NCBI GenBank assembly: GCA_041741015.1
Contig: JBGSKX010000136.1
Span: 5,525 to 69,524 of the forward strand
Origin: Pirellulales bacterium
GTDB taxonomy: Bacteria; Planctomycetota; Planctomycetia; Pirellulales; PALSA-1355
Length of the DNA stretch: 64,000 bases
Direction of reading: 5' to 3'
Made by a program: the position numbers and the translations under genes. Within the stretch, counting starts at the first letter, position 1; each line of letters begins with the position of its first letter. Below the pieces are notes generated by a model, which ran no database searches, had not been told where the DNA came from, and worked only from the letters and a program-made list of their open reading frames with translations. Positions 26,901-33,623 of the stretch are shown here, piece by piece.

Positions 26901-27469
26901 CGCCAGTTGTTCTCCAGTCCCTCGGGCATCCGGTCCGTCGAGAGCCATTCGATCTTTTGCAGATCGGGCGTCTGATCGAGCACCGGCTGCACGCGTTCCC
27001 ACACGGCATAAGTCGTGAGCGCGATCCGCGCTTGCGCGTCATCGGCGATGGCTTGAATACGCGAGAGGGAACGATTGCGGCGCGGCGGATACGCCGGCAC
27101 GGCAACCACCCCGGCATACAAACAGCCGAAGAATGCGGCGATGAATTCCAGGCCAGCCGGATACAACAACAGCGCTCGTTCGCCTTCCAGACCTTGCTGT
27201 TGCAAGTGCGCGGCGATGGCGCGTGCCTGGCGATCGAGCTGTTGACACGTGTACTGAATTTCCTCAGTCTCGCCGTCGACAAGATAGATGAACGCCGAGG
27301 CGCTGGCAGAGTGCGCCGCGCGGTGTTGCAGCAAGTCAACGAGATTCGAGGGACCGAAGAACGATCCCGGCAGATGATCGAGATGCACGGCTACTTGTAA
27401 CTCATGTTGCGAGTGGCGGGTAATCGAGGCGCTCGGGCCGGCACGCGCAAGGTGCCTAGATGCTACCAT
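23963..27469 (-). CDS. tri-domain fatty acyl-AMP ligase - acyl carrier protein - alpha-oxoamine synthase (PLP) fusion
   Basis: FAAL motifs LQYTSGSTGTPKGVMLTHANL, GGPNFAYDLC, YGMAEATL, KTSSGKIQR. Carrier domain LGLDSLERMEI (Ser685, codon 25415-25417). AOS domain with GTLSKAFG (Lys992, codon 24494-24496) and YVDEAHS. Confidence 0.85.
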   Translation of the reverse strand: MVASRHLARAGPSASITRHSQHELQVAVHLDHLPGSFFGPSNLVDLLQHRAAHSASASAFIYLVDGETEEIQYTCQQLDRQARAIAAHLQQQGLEGERALLLYPAGLEFIAAFFGCLYAGVVAVPAYPPRRNRSLSRIQAIADDAQARIALTTYAVWERVQPVLDQTPDLQKIEWLSTDRMPEGLENNWRLPDVHGDTLAFLQYTSGSTGTPKGVMLTHANLMHNSAQIAYAFEHTRSGSGVFWLPSYHDMGLIGGILQPLFIGRPSVLMSPMAFLQRPFRWLKAISRYRATISGGPNFAYDLCVRKITPEQRAQLDLSSWNLAFNGAEPVRAETLDAFTKMFEPCGFRRTAFYPCYGMAEATLIVTGGFKAALPVVRTFDAEALENNQVVDALADEEGAREMVGSGGKLLDQRIVIAHPENMTSVPPDQIGEIWVAGPSVAQGYWNRAEETERTFRAYLKDTGEGPFLRTGDLGFIQDGELFVTGRLKDLIIIRGLNHYPQDIEATAERAHPRVRPANGAAFACEIEGVERLILVQEIERGQADSLQEVVDAIRKAVAGEHELNLDAVVLMKAGSIPKTSSGKIQRHACRQEFLQGNLESVYQWQIWANTLAPQSTAPKTNPAAAPAAEKKPASQTPPAEKVAEGTQADMSTVEIVMEHVRRVAKERAVGLTLDASIPELGLDSLERMEIVASLEETYGGRFPEEVLPQIETVREVAAAVETYLGKKPQERMPREAVSEISPETYRFDQFPEYRRLRTQMEMTYAAGYRNPFFTVHERVINDTTLIDGREMVSFSSYNYIGTSGDPRVVAAVKRAVDRYGTSVSASRLVSGEKPIHRELEQALADFIGVDAALAMVGGHATNETVLGHLFGPGDLILHDALAHNSIIQGSILSGARRRSFPHNDWRELDKLLEELRPTYRRVVIAIESVYSMDGDIADLPRFIEVKNRHHALLYVDEAHSAGILGERGRGIAEHFGINARDVDIWMGTLSKAFGSCGGYIAGAHALVEYLKYTAPGFLFAAGMTPQNCAAALAALRLLQAEPERSTRLRERAALFLKLAKQKGLDTGLSEGTPIIPVILGNSLDSLRLSQALFDRGINVQPILHPAVEEKAARLRFFITSEHSERQIRDTVNAVAEELRKIDPRYLRGIVSVNGIHSPAASTPAEAR

Positions 27470-27745
27470 CGGCCAACTTAGCGGCCGGCAGGATTTCCGT
27501 TTCTCCCGCCGGCAAGGTTCCTATCGACCTGCTTTGCCCGTGCAAGCCGACATCCTCGCCGCGTCGGCTTGTGTAATGCACAAGCCTTTCCCAAAGCTAC
27601 CAGTCGATGGGCAAATTGGATCCTCACAAGCTAACACGACCATGTGTTATTTTGCAAATGCTACCCATGTTACCCAGATTTACATCTGGGCGTTCCCTCG
27701 TCGCACATTTTCTGCAACCGTTGAGCCAAATCAGCCAGTCGCTCG

Positions 27746-27967
27746 TTAACTCCAATCCAGTCCCGTCATATGCCGAATTCGGTTGGCGTAATCCCCTAAC
27801 AGTCCCCCGATGATGCTCCACTCGCCGCGTTCGAGCACCTCGACATCTCCTTGCGGATTGATCCGCACTTGACTGTGCGCCGTCACGCCGGCTGATTTGA
27901 GACCTGCCAGTTCTTCTTCGCCCGCCAGTTTCAGCAGTGTTGCGCCGTCAATTTCAACGAATTTCAT
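27746..27967 (-). CDS. hypothetical small protein (73 aa)
   Basis: Intact ATG-initiated ORF with coding-like codon usage. No family recognised. Confidence 0.4.
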   Translation of the reverse strand: MKFVEIDGATLLKLAGEEELAGLKSAGVTAHSQVRINPQGDVEVLERGEWSIIGGLLGDYANRIRHMTGLDWS

Positions 27968-28083
27968 AATCGTGTCCCAGGATCGGGAATCGGTGAGGAG
28001 TACCGGGCATCATACCCGAAGAGCAAGCGGGTTTGAACACTAGGACAAGCAGCCTCGGAGAGGCCGGCCTTGGACCGATGTTG

Positions 28084-28992
28084 CTAGGCGGCTACGCGCC
28101 GGCGAACATTCTCGCTGAGTGCAATCATTGTCGCGACATCCAGTTGCTCGGCCCGTTGATCGGGCGAGAGTCCGGTCTCCGTCAGAATTGCGTCGACGTC
28201 GGGCTTTTCGAGCTTGCCTTTGAGCGCACTGACGAGCACGCCACGCAGCAACTTGCGCCGATGCAGGAACAGGGCACGGACAAAGTCGTGAAAGAACTGT
28301 AAGTCAGGAATTCGATCGCGAAGCTGCGGATCGACTTGGAGCTTGACGATCGCGGAAGTAACTTTCGGCTGCGGCCAGAAGACACTTGGTGGCAGCGTTC
28401 GCACGAGTTCCACGTGGCACTGGCTCTGGATCCAGATGGCGAGCGCGCCATAGTCTTTCGTGCCCGGCGCCGCGACAATCCGATCGGCAAGTTCCTTTTG
28501 GATGGTGACGGACATCAGGCAAGGCACGATCGGAGCGAGCAGCAAATTGGCCATCACCGGCGTGGCGACGCTGTACGGCAGATTCGCCACCAGCTTGAGC
28601 CGCCGCTCGCTGGCAACGGCGAGTTGTTTTTGGACAGCTTCGATCACTTCCTCGGCCAATTGACTCTTGCTCTTCAGAGCATCGGCCAGCAGCATCGTGA
28701 CATTGTCGTGCGGCAGCAACTCCTCGCGGGCAAGTTGATGGAGCTGCGGATCGATCTCGACCGTCACGACCGCGTCGGCCCGCTGCGCGAGGATGCCGGT
28801 CAACGCGCCGGTTCCGGTGCCAACTTCCAGGGCCACGTCATGCTTGTCGAGCTGCGCGCTGTCGGCGATCATCCGCAGCAGGTTCAGGTCGATCAGGAAG
28901 TTCTGGCCATGGCGATGATTGAGTCGGATGCCGGACTCGGAAAAGCGACGCGCCAAGTAGGAGATCGTTTGATGAGTGGCCGGTCCGGGCAT
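28084..28992 (-). CDS. rsmA: 16S rRNA (adenine1518/1519-N6)-dimethyltransferase RsmA/KsgA
   Basis: HRHGQNFLIDLNLLRMI, LEVGTGTGALT (SAM motif), NLPYSVATP. Confidence 0.85.
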   Translation of the reverse strand: MPGPATHQTISYLARRFSESGIRLNHRHGQNFLIDLNLLRMIADSAQLDKHDVALEVGTGTGALTGILAQRADAVVTVEIDPQLHQLAREELLPHDNVTMLLADALKSKSQLAEEVIEAVQKQLAVASERRLKLVANLPYSVATPVMANLLLAPIVPCLMSVTIQKELADRIVAAPGTKDYGALAIWIQSQCHVELVRTLPPSVFWPQPKVTSAIVKLQVDPQLRDRIPDLQFFHDFVRALFLHRRKLLRGVLVSALKGKLEKPDVDAILTETGLSPDQRAEQLDVATMIALSENVRRRVAA

Positions 28993-29015
28993 TAAGTGCC
29001 TTTAATGTGAATGAA

Positions 29016-29612
29016 CTAGCGAGGGACGCCGGCCAGCAGTTTTTCAACGTACTTGGCGAGCAGGTCGGTTTCGAGATTCACGCGATCGCCGGCGTGCCGC
29101 TTTCCCAACGTGGTGGCCGCGAGCGTGTGCGGAATCAATTGCACGCTAAACCGCTCAGGCTCGACCTCAACGACCGTCAGGCTGACCCCGTCAACGGCAG
29201 CGGATCCCTTGCTCACGACGTATCGGCCCAGTTCACGGGGAAAACGGAACCAGAATGTGGACCACTCGGCATCGTCGTGGCGGGCATCGACCGTGCCGAC
29301 GGCTTCGATGTGCCCACTGACGTAATGGCCGCCGAGCTGGTCGCCCGCCCTCAGCGACGGTTCCAGGTTGACCTGACTGCCTGCGGCGAGTTCGCCGAGA
29401 TTCGTGCGCGAGAGCGTTTCGGGGCCGGCCTCGAAGCTCAGCAAGGCGTCGGCAATTTCCACGACCGTCAGGCAGCAACCATTCACGGCGATGCTGTCGC
29501 CAATCGCAGCTGCCTTGGCCAGCGAGGGCGCTTCGATCGTCAGCCGTTTGCCTGGTCCGGCAGGGATCACCTGCGCCACGGTTGCCAGTGCTTGAACGAG
29601 CCCAGTGAACAT
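29016..29612 (-). CDS. ribE: riboflavin synthase
   Basis: MFTGLVQ N-terminus, two lumazine-binding repeats (GDSIAVNGCCLTV / GSAAVDGVSLTV), about 198 aa. Confidence 0.85.
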   Translation of the reverse strand: MFTGLVQALATVAQVIPAGPGKRLTIEAPSLAKAAAIGDSIAVNGCCLTVVEIADALLSFEAGPETLSRTNLGELAAGSQVNLEPSLRAGDQLGGHYVSGHIEAVGTVDARHDDAEWSTFWFRFPRELGRYVVSKGSAAVDGVSLTVVEVEPERFSVQLIPHTLAATTLGKRHAGDRVNLETDLLAKYVEKLLAGVPR

Positions 29613-29672
29613 TGGTGGCAGTACTTCTCTTCAAATGGCCTTGCGTCTTGCCGGCTGCCCGCGAGCAAGACG

Positions 29673-30638
29673 TCAGAAAATCGGGTCCTGCGATTGTTCG
29701 CGCAAGAACAGCCGATGCCAGGCATAGCGAATCGGCCCAACCAGGACAAACGCCGCACACAGCACGGGCACTGAGTAGCCGCGGAACGACATGATGAACA
29801 CGAACGCAAACACCAAAAGCACGACGTGGGCAAAACTGCGCTGGCCGCGGAACATCTGGTTCACGACATGCGGATAGGGAATTCGTGAGACCATCAACAA
29901 GGCCACCGCCAGGGCGAAAAACGGCAATCCCATCTGCACTGCCTGATCGATCTCTGCGGCGTAGATCAGCGGCGTACTGGACTGACGCAGCTCGTAGAAC
30001 AGGATTGCGAAGCCCGCGATGGAAGCTGCCGCCGCCGGCGAGGGGAGCCCACTGAAATTCAGATGGTCGTCGTCTTCACCTGTTTCGACGTTGAACCGCG
30101 CAAGCCGGAGCGCAGCGCAAGCCGCGAATGCCGCCGCAATGAGCCAAATTTTGTCGTGTGAATAGGTGAACGTCGGACACATTTTTACCAGCAAGAACCC
30201 GGGCGCAACGCCAAACGACACTACGTCGCAAAGGCTGTCGAGTTGCGCGCCAAAGTCCGTCGTCGAGCGCGCCAGCCGCGCGACGTGCCCATCAAGCGCG
30301 TCGAACACCATTGCCAGAAAGATCAACCAGCCGCTCAGCATCACGTTGTGCGTGTCGTTCGTGGGATCCAGCTGCTTCATGAACGAACGGGGACTCGAAA
30401 ACGAGATCTTGTCGACCGCCGCAGGTGGATCGAGCGAAGTCGGTCGTTCGACGCGGGCGGCCACGACAATCGCAAAGAACCCGCAGATCAGGTTCGCGAG
30501 CGTGAACATCGTTGGAAAGACTGCGACCGTGCGGATTCGACCCATGTTGGGCCTCGACTTCCAGAATCGTTTGGCAACTGGTTCGAGAGGAAGCGGTTTC
30601 TGTGCGCCGCGTCGCGACCGGTAACGTTCAAACGGCAT
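29673..30638 (-). CDS. pssA: CDP-diacylglycerol--serine O-phosphatidyltransferase
   Basis: CDP-alcohol phosphatidyltransferase motif DALDGHVARLARSTTDFGAQLDSLCD. Multiple TM segments. Start is uncertain: the ATG at 30638 overlaps the psd 3' end by 11 nt, and there is an alternative ATG at 30545. Confidence 0.8.
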   Translation of the reverse strand: MPFERYRSRRGAQKPLPLEPVAKRFWKSRPNMGRIRTVAVFPTMFTLANLICGFFAIVVAARVERPTSLDPPAAVDKISFSSPRSFMKQLDPTNDTHNVMLSGWLIFLAMVFDALDGHVARLARSTTDFGAQLDSLCDVVSFGVAPGFLLVKMCPTFTYSHDKIWLIAAAFAACAALRLARFNVETGEDDDHLNFSGLPSPAAAASIAGFAILFYELRQSSTPLIYAAEIDQAVQMGLPFFALAVALLMVSRIPYPHVVNQMFRGQRSFAHVVLLVFAFVFIMSFRGYSVPVLCAAFVLVGPIRYAWHRLFLREQSQDPIF

Positions 30639-31740
30639 CGACACTTGCACCCGGGAGGCGAACCATGACCGTGCTCCCTCCCTTAACTTTATCACCGATC
30701 TGGGCCACGATCTCGAGCCCGGGCTCATCCGGTAGCAGCAGTTCCGTCCGAGAGCCGAGTTTGATCATACCGAATTTGTGGCCGCGGGCGATTACTTCGC
30801 CACTTCGCAAGTTGCAAACGATGCGGCGGGCCAAAAGTCCGGCAATTTGGCGGACAATCAGCCGGCGGTGCGGGGCCGCCTCTTCTTCCAGGCCGATCCA
30901 GAGATTCTCGTTTCGAATGGCGCTTTCTGGTTTGAGTGCATTCAGAAACAAGCCTGGGTTGTACACCAGCCGGATGACGCGCGACTTCACCGGGGCGCGG
31001 TTGATGTGCACATTGAACACCGACAGAAAGATGCCCAGCCGCAGGGCCGGCCCGCCGATGAATTCGTCGTGTTCCACGCGAGAGATCTCAACCAGCACGC
31101 CGTCAGCGGGCGAGACCACCAGGCCCGGGTCGCTGGGTACCCGGCGGGGCGGGTCGCGAAAGAAATACAACACGAACAGAAACAGCACGGCCGGCACGAT
31201 CGCCAGGCTCCAGTGAAACCAGGCGCCGACGACCGCCAGCAAGACCAGCGGATAGCCCATAATCTGGACTTCAGCCAGCCCCCAGCGGGCCAGCGGCAGC
31301 CGATCGCGCCAGCGGAACGGATCGTCCACGGCGGCCCAATCGCAGGTAACCCGGTTGCGGCAGTATTTCAAATCGCGTGGATCGAGAATCTCATGAGGAG
31401 CGCCCTCATCCGAGCCGCGCCGAAGCCCGGCCATACGTGCCACGTATCCCTGGCGAAACGTACGCAGAAACCACCGCCGCCAGCGCCCCCAGGCAAGCTC
31501 CATCTGGTAGCAAACACCGCTTCCCGGCTGCACGCTCGAAAGGTTCTCGGGCAGCGGTTCGGGCGGAAGGCGATGGGGTGGCGAATCGAGCTGGGACATG
31601 CTGGACGCAGGCAAAGGGCCGGTGACTTCGAGCCAACGGTGCATCGTATCCGGTCCGGCGCTGGTTGAGAAGGATTGCCGGTGACTTGGTGTGTCGGACC
31701 GTCGAAGCAGTGCCCGCAGGGTGGTATAATCCCGGTACAA
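30628..31740 (-). CDS. psd: phosphatidylserine decarboxylase family protein (short Asd/Psd type with N-terminal extension)
   Basis: FFRDP..R, NVHINRAP and the self-cleavage-type MIKLGSRTE motif. Start is uncertain: TTG at 31740, or ATGs at 31644, 31599, 31503, 31260. Confidence 0.75.
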   Translation of the reverse strand: MYRDYTTLRALLRRSDTPSHRQSFSTSAGPDTMHRWLEVTGPLPASSMSQLDSPPHRLPPEPLPENLSSVQPGSGVCYQMELAWGRWRRWFLRTFRQGYVARMAGLRRGSDEGAPHEILDPRDLKYCRNRVTCDWAAVDDPFRWRDRLPLARWGLAEVQIMGYPLVLLAVVGAWFHWSLAIVPAVLFLFVLYFFRDPPRRVPSDPGLVVSPADGVLVEISRVEHDEFIGGPALRLGIFLSVFNVHINRAPVKSRVIRLVYNPGLFLNALKPESAIRNENLWIGLEEEAAPHRRLIVRQIAGLLARRIVCNLRSGEVIARGHKFGMIKLGSRTELLLPDEPGLEIVAQIGDKVKGGSTVMVRLPGASVDAV

Positions 31741-31794
31741 AACTGAGAACGTGGGAGTAGTCGCGGCGGTTTATCGAAAGCACTGGGAATCTAA

Positions 31795-32880
31795 ATGCGT
31801 GAACTTCTCCCACAACTGATCAGCAACCTCGAGTCCGGTCGCCCTGTCGCGGTTTGCCGGCTGGTCGAGACGCGGGGCTCGACACCGCAGAAGGCCGGCG
31901 CCGCAATGCTCGTGTTTGCCGACGGTTCGCAGGCCGGTACGCTGGGCGGCGGCTGCGTCGAGGCCGAGGTCAAACGTCGCTCGCTGGGAATTATTTCGGG
32001 TGGCAACGCTGAAATAGCCACGTTCCAGCTTGATGACGACTATGGCTGGGACGACGGGCTTATCTGCGGCGGGCGGATGCAAGTGATTATCGATCCGCTT
32101 TCGGAACCGTCCGCGCGCGACTACTACCGTAGACTTCATGAGCTGGCGAGCAGCGGTCGAGGCTGCACCGAGGCCATCGTGTTCGACGGTGAAACCAGCG
32201 CCCTGACGGCATCGGCCTGCTACCTGTTCGATGCCGACGGCGAGTTGCTCGTACAGGTGCGCGGAGGTGAGGGCTCGGAAGCGCCCACTGCGATTCGCGA
32301 GAACCTCCGGCCACTGGTCGAACGACCCAAGCCGCTGGCGGCGCATGGCGTGGCCTATCTGCCGCTGCTCGAGCGTTGCCGGCTCGTGATCGTCGGCGGC
32401 GGGCACGTCGGTCAGGCCGTGGGCCATCTGGCGGCCGATCTGGACTTCGATGTCTGGGTTGTCGACGATCGCGCCGAATACGTTACCGAAGAGCGCTTCC
32501 CGCACGCTGAACGCCGCATCTCGGGCACAATCGGCGACGTGCTTCCTGGGCTGGAAATCACGCCCAGCACGTACTGCCTGATTGTCACCCGGGGCCATAA
32601 CCACGATGAAGAGGCGCTCTATCACCTGGTGAACCGCGGCGCACGCTACGTCGGCATGATCGGCAGCAAGCGGAAGATCAAGCTGATCTTTGACGATCTC
32701 CGCGCCGAAGGCATCGCGGCCGAGACGCTGCGCGAGGTTTATGCTCCGGTCGGTCTCGACATCGGGTCACAAACCGTGATGGAGATCGCCGTCAGCATCC
32801 TGGCCGAACTTGTCGCTCACCGAAACCTGGGCATCGCAGGCCATCACACCCGCAAACGTCTGATCGCTCAGGGCCTATAG
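31795..32880 (+). CDS. XdhC/CoxI family molybdoenzyme maturation protein
   Basis: N-terminal XdhC_CoxI-like VCRLVETRGSTPQKAGA plus a C-terminal Rossmann domain LVIVGGGHVGQAVGHLAADLDFDVWVVDDR. Confidence 0.75.
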   Translation: MRELLPQLISNLESGRPVAVCRLVETRGSTPQKAGAAMLVFADGSQAGTLGGGCVEAEVKRRSLGIISGGNAEIATFQLDDDYGWDDGLICGGRMQVIIDPLSEPSARDYYRRLHELASSGRGCTEAIVFDGETSALTASACYLFDADGELLVQVRGGEGSEAPTAIRENLRPLVERPKPLAAHGVAYLPLLERCRLVIVGGGHVGQAVGHLAADLDFDVWVVDDRAEYVTEERFPHAERRISGTIGDVLPGLEITPSTYCLIVTRGHNHDEEALYHLVNRGARYVGMIGSKRKIKLIFDDLRAEGIAAETLREVYAPVGLDIGSQTVMEIAVSILAELVAHRNLGIAGHHTRKRLIAQGL

Positions 32881-32927
32881 CCTGCCTGAACGCGCAGGCG
32901 GCGGACGTACTTCGTAAGGGACACTTC

Positions 32928-33536
32928 GTGCGATCGTTTGCCATCTTGCCTGCCGCCGGTCAGAGTCGCCGCATGGGAAGCCCTAAACTGCTGCTTCCCT
33001 GGGGCGATACGACGCTGATCGGCCAGGTACTGCGCTGCTGGAAAGCGAGCCGCGTGGACGAGGTGATCGTGGTCATCCAACCGGAAGATGATGCCCTTGC
33101 CGCGGAGTGTCAGGGAGCTTGCGTGGTGCGACGCACGCCTGCCCCAGCCGAGATGAAGGACTCGATCTGCTATGGATTGGAGGCCGCCGCAGAGCAGTTC
33201 GGCGCTGGCTCGGGCGATGTGTGGCTGGTGGCTCCGGCGGATATGCCAAACCTGCGTTCCCAGGCAATCGATGCGTTGCTGGATGCCTACACGACCTGTG
33301 GTGACGTCGGTGAAGATGCCGCGAGAATCTTTGCAGCGGCCCATCAAAGACGCCGCGGCCATCCGGTGTTGTTCCCCTGGTCGCTGGCCAGTGAAGTGCA
33401 CGCCCTGATGGATGACGAAGGGCTGAATGTCCTGACTCGCCGGCATCCGGTCGTCGAAGTCGAAGTTGCCGATTCGGCGATGTTCGAAGACGTCGATACG
33501 CCGGCGGATTACGCAAAACGTCGCCCTCGTCTCTGA
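32928..33536 (+). CDS. MobA-like NTP transferase (MocA-type molybdenum cofactor cytidylyltransferase-like)
   Basis: FAILPAAGQSRRMGSPKLLLPWGDTTLI signature. GTG start. Confidence 0.7.
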   Translation: MRSFAILPAAGQSRRMGSPKLLLPWGDTTLIGQVLRCWKASRVDEVIVVIQPEDDALAAECQGACVVRRTPAPAEMKDSICYGLEAAAEQFGAGSGDVWLVAPADMPNLRSQAIDALLDAYTTCGDVGEDAARIFAAAHQRRRGHPVLFPWSLASEVHALMDDEGLNVLTRRHPVVEVEVADSAMFEDVDTPADYAKRRPRL

Positions 33537-33623
33537 CCGATTCCCACGCTGACTTGGCTTCCGCTTATAATCGACCGGAGCAAGGCCTGCTTCTTTACTG
33601 TCGCATCGGGCAAGTTGTCACGC

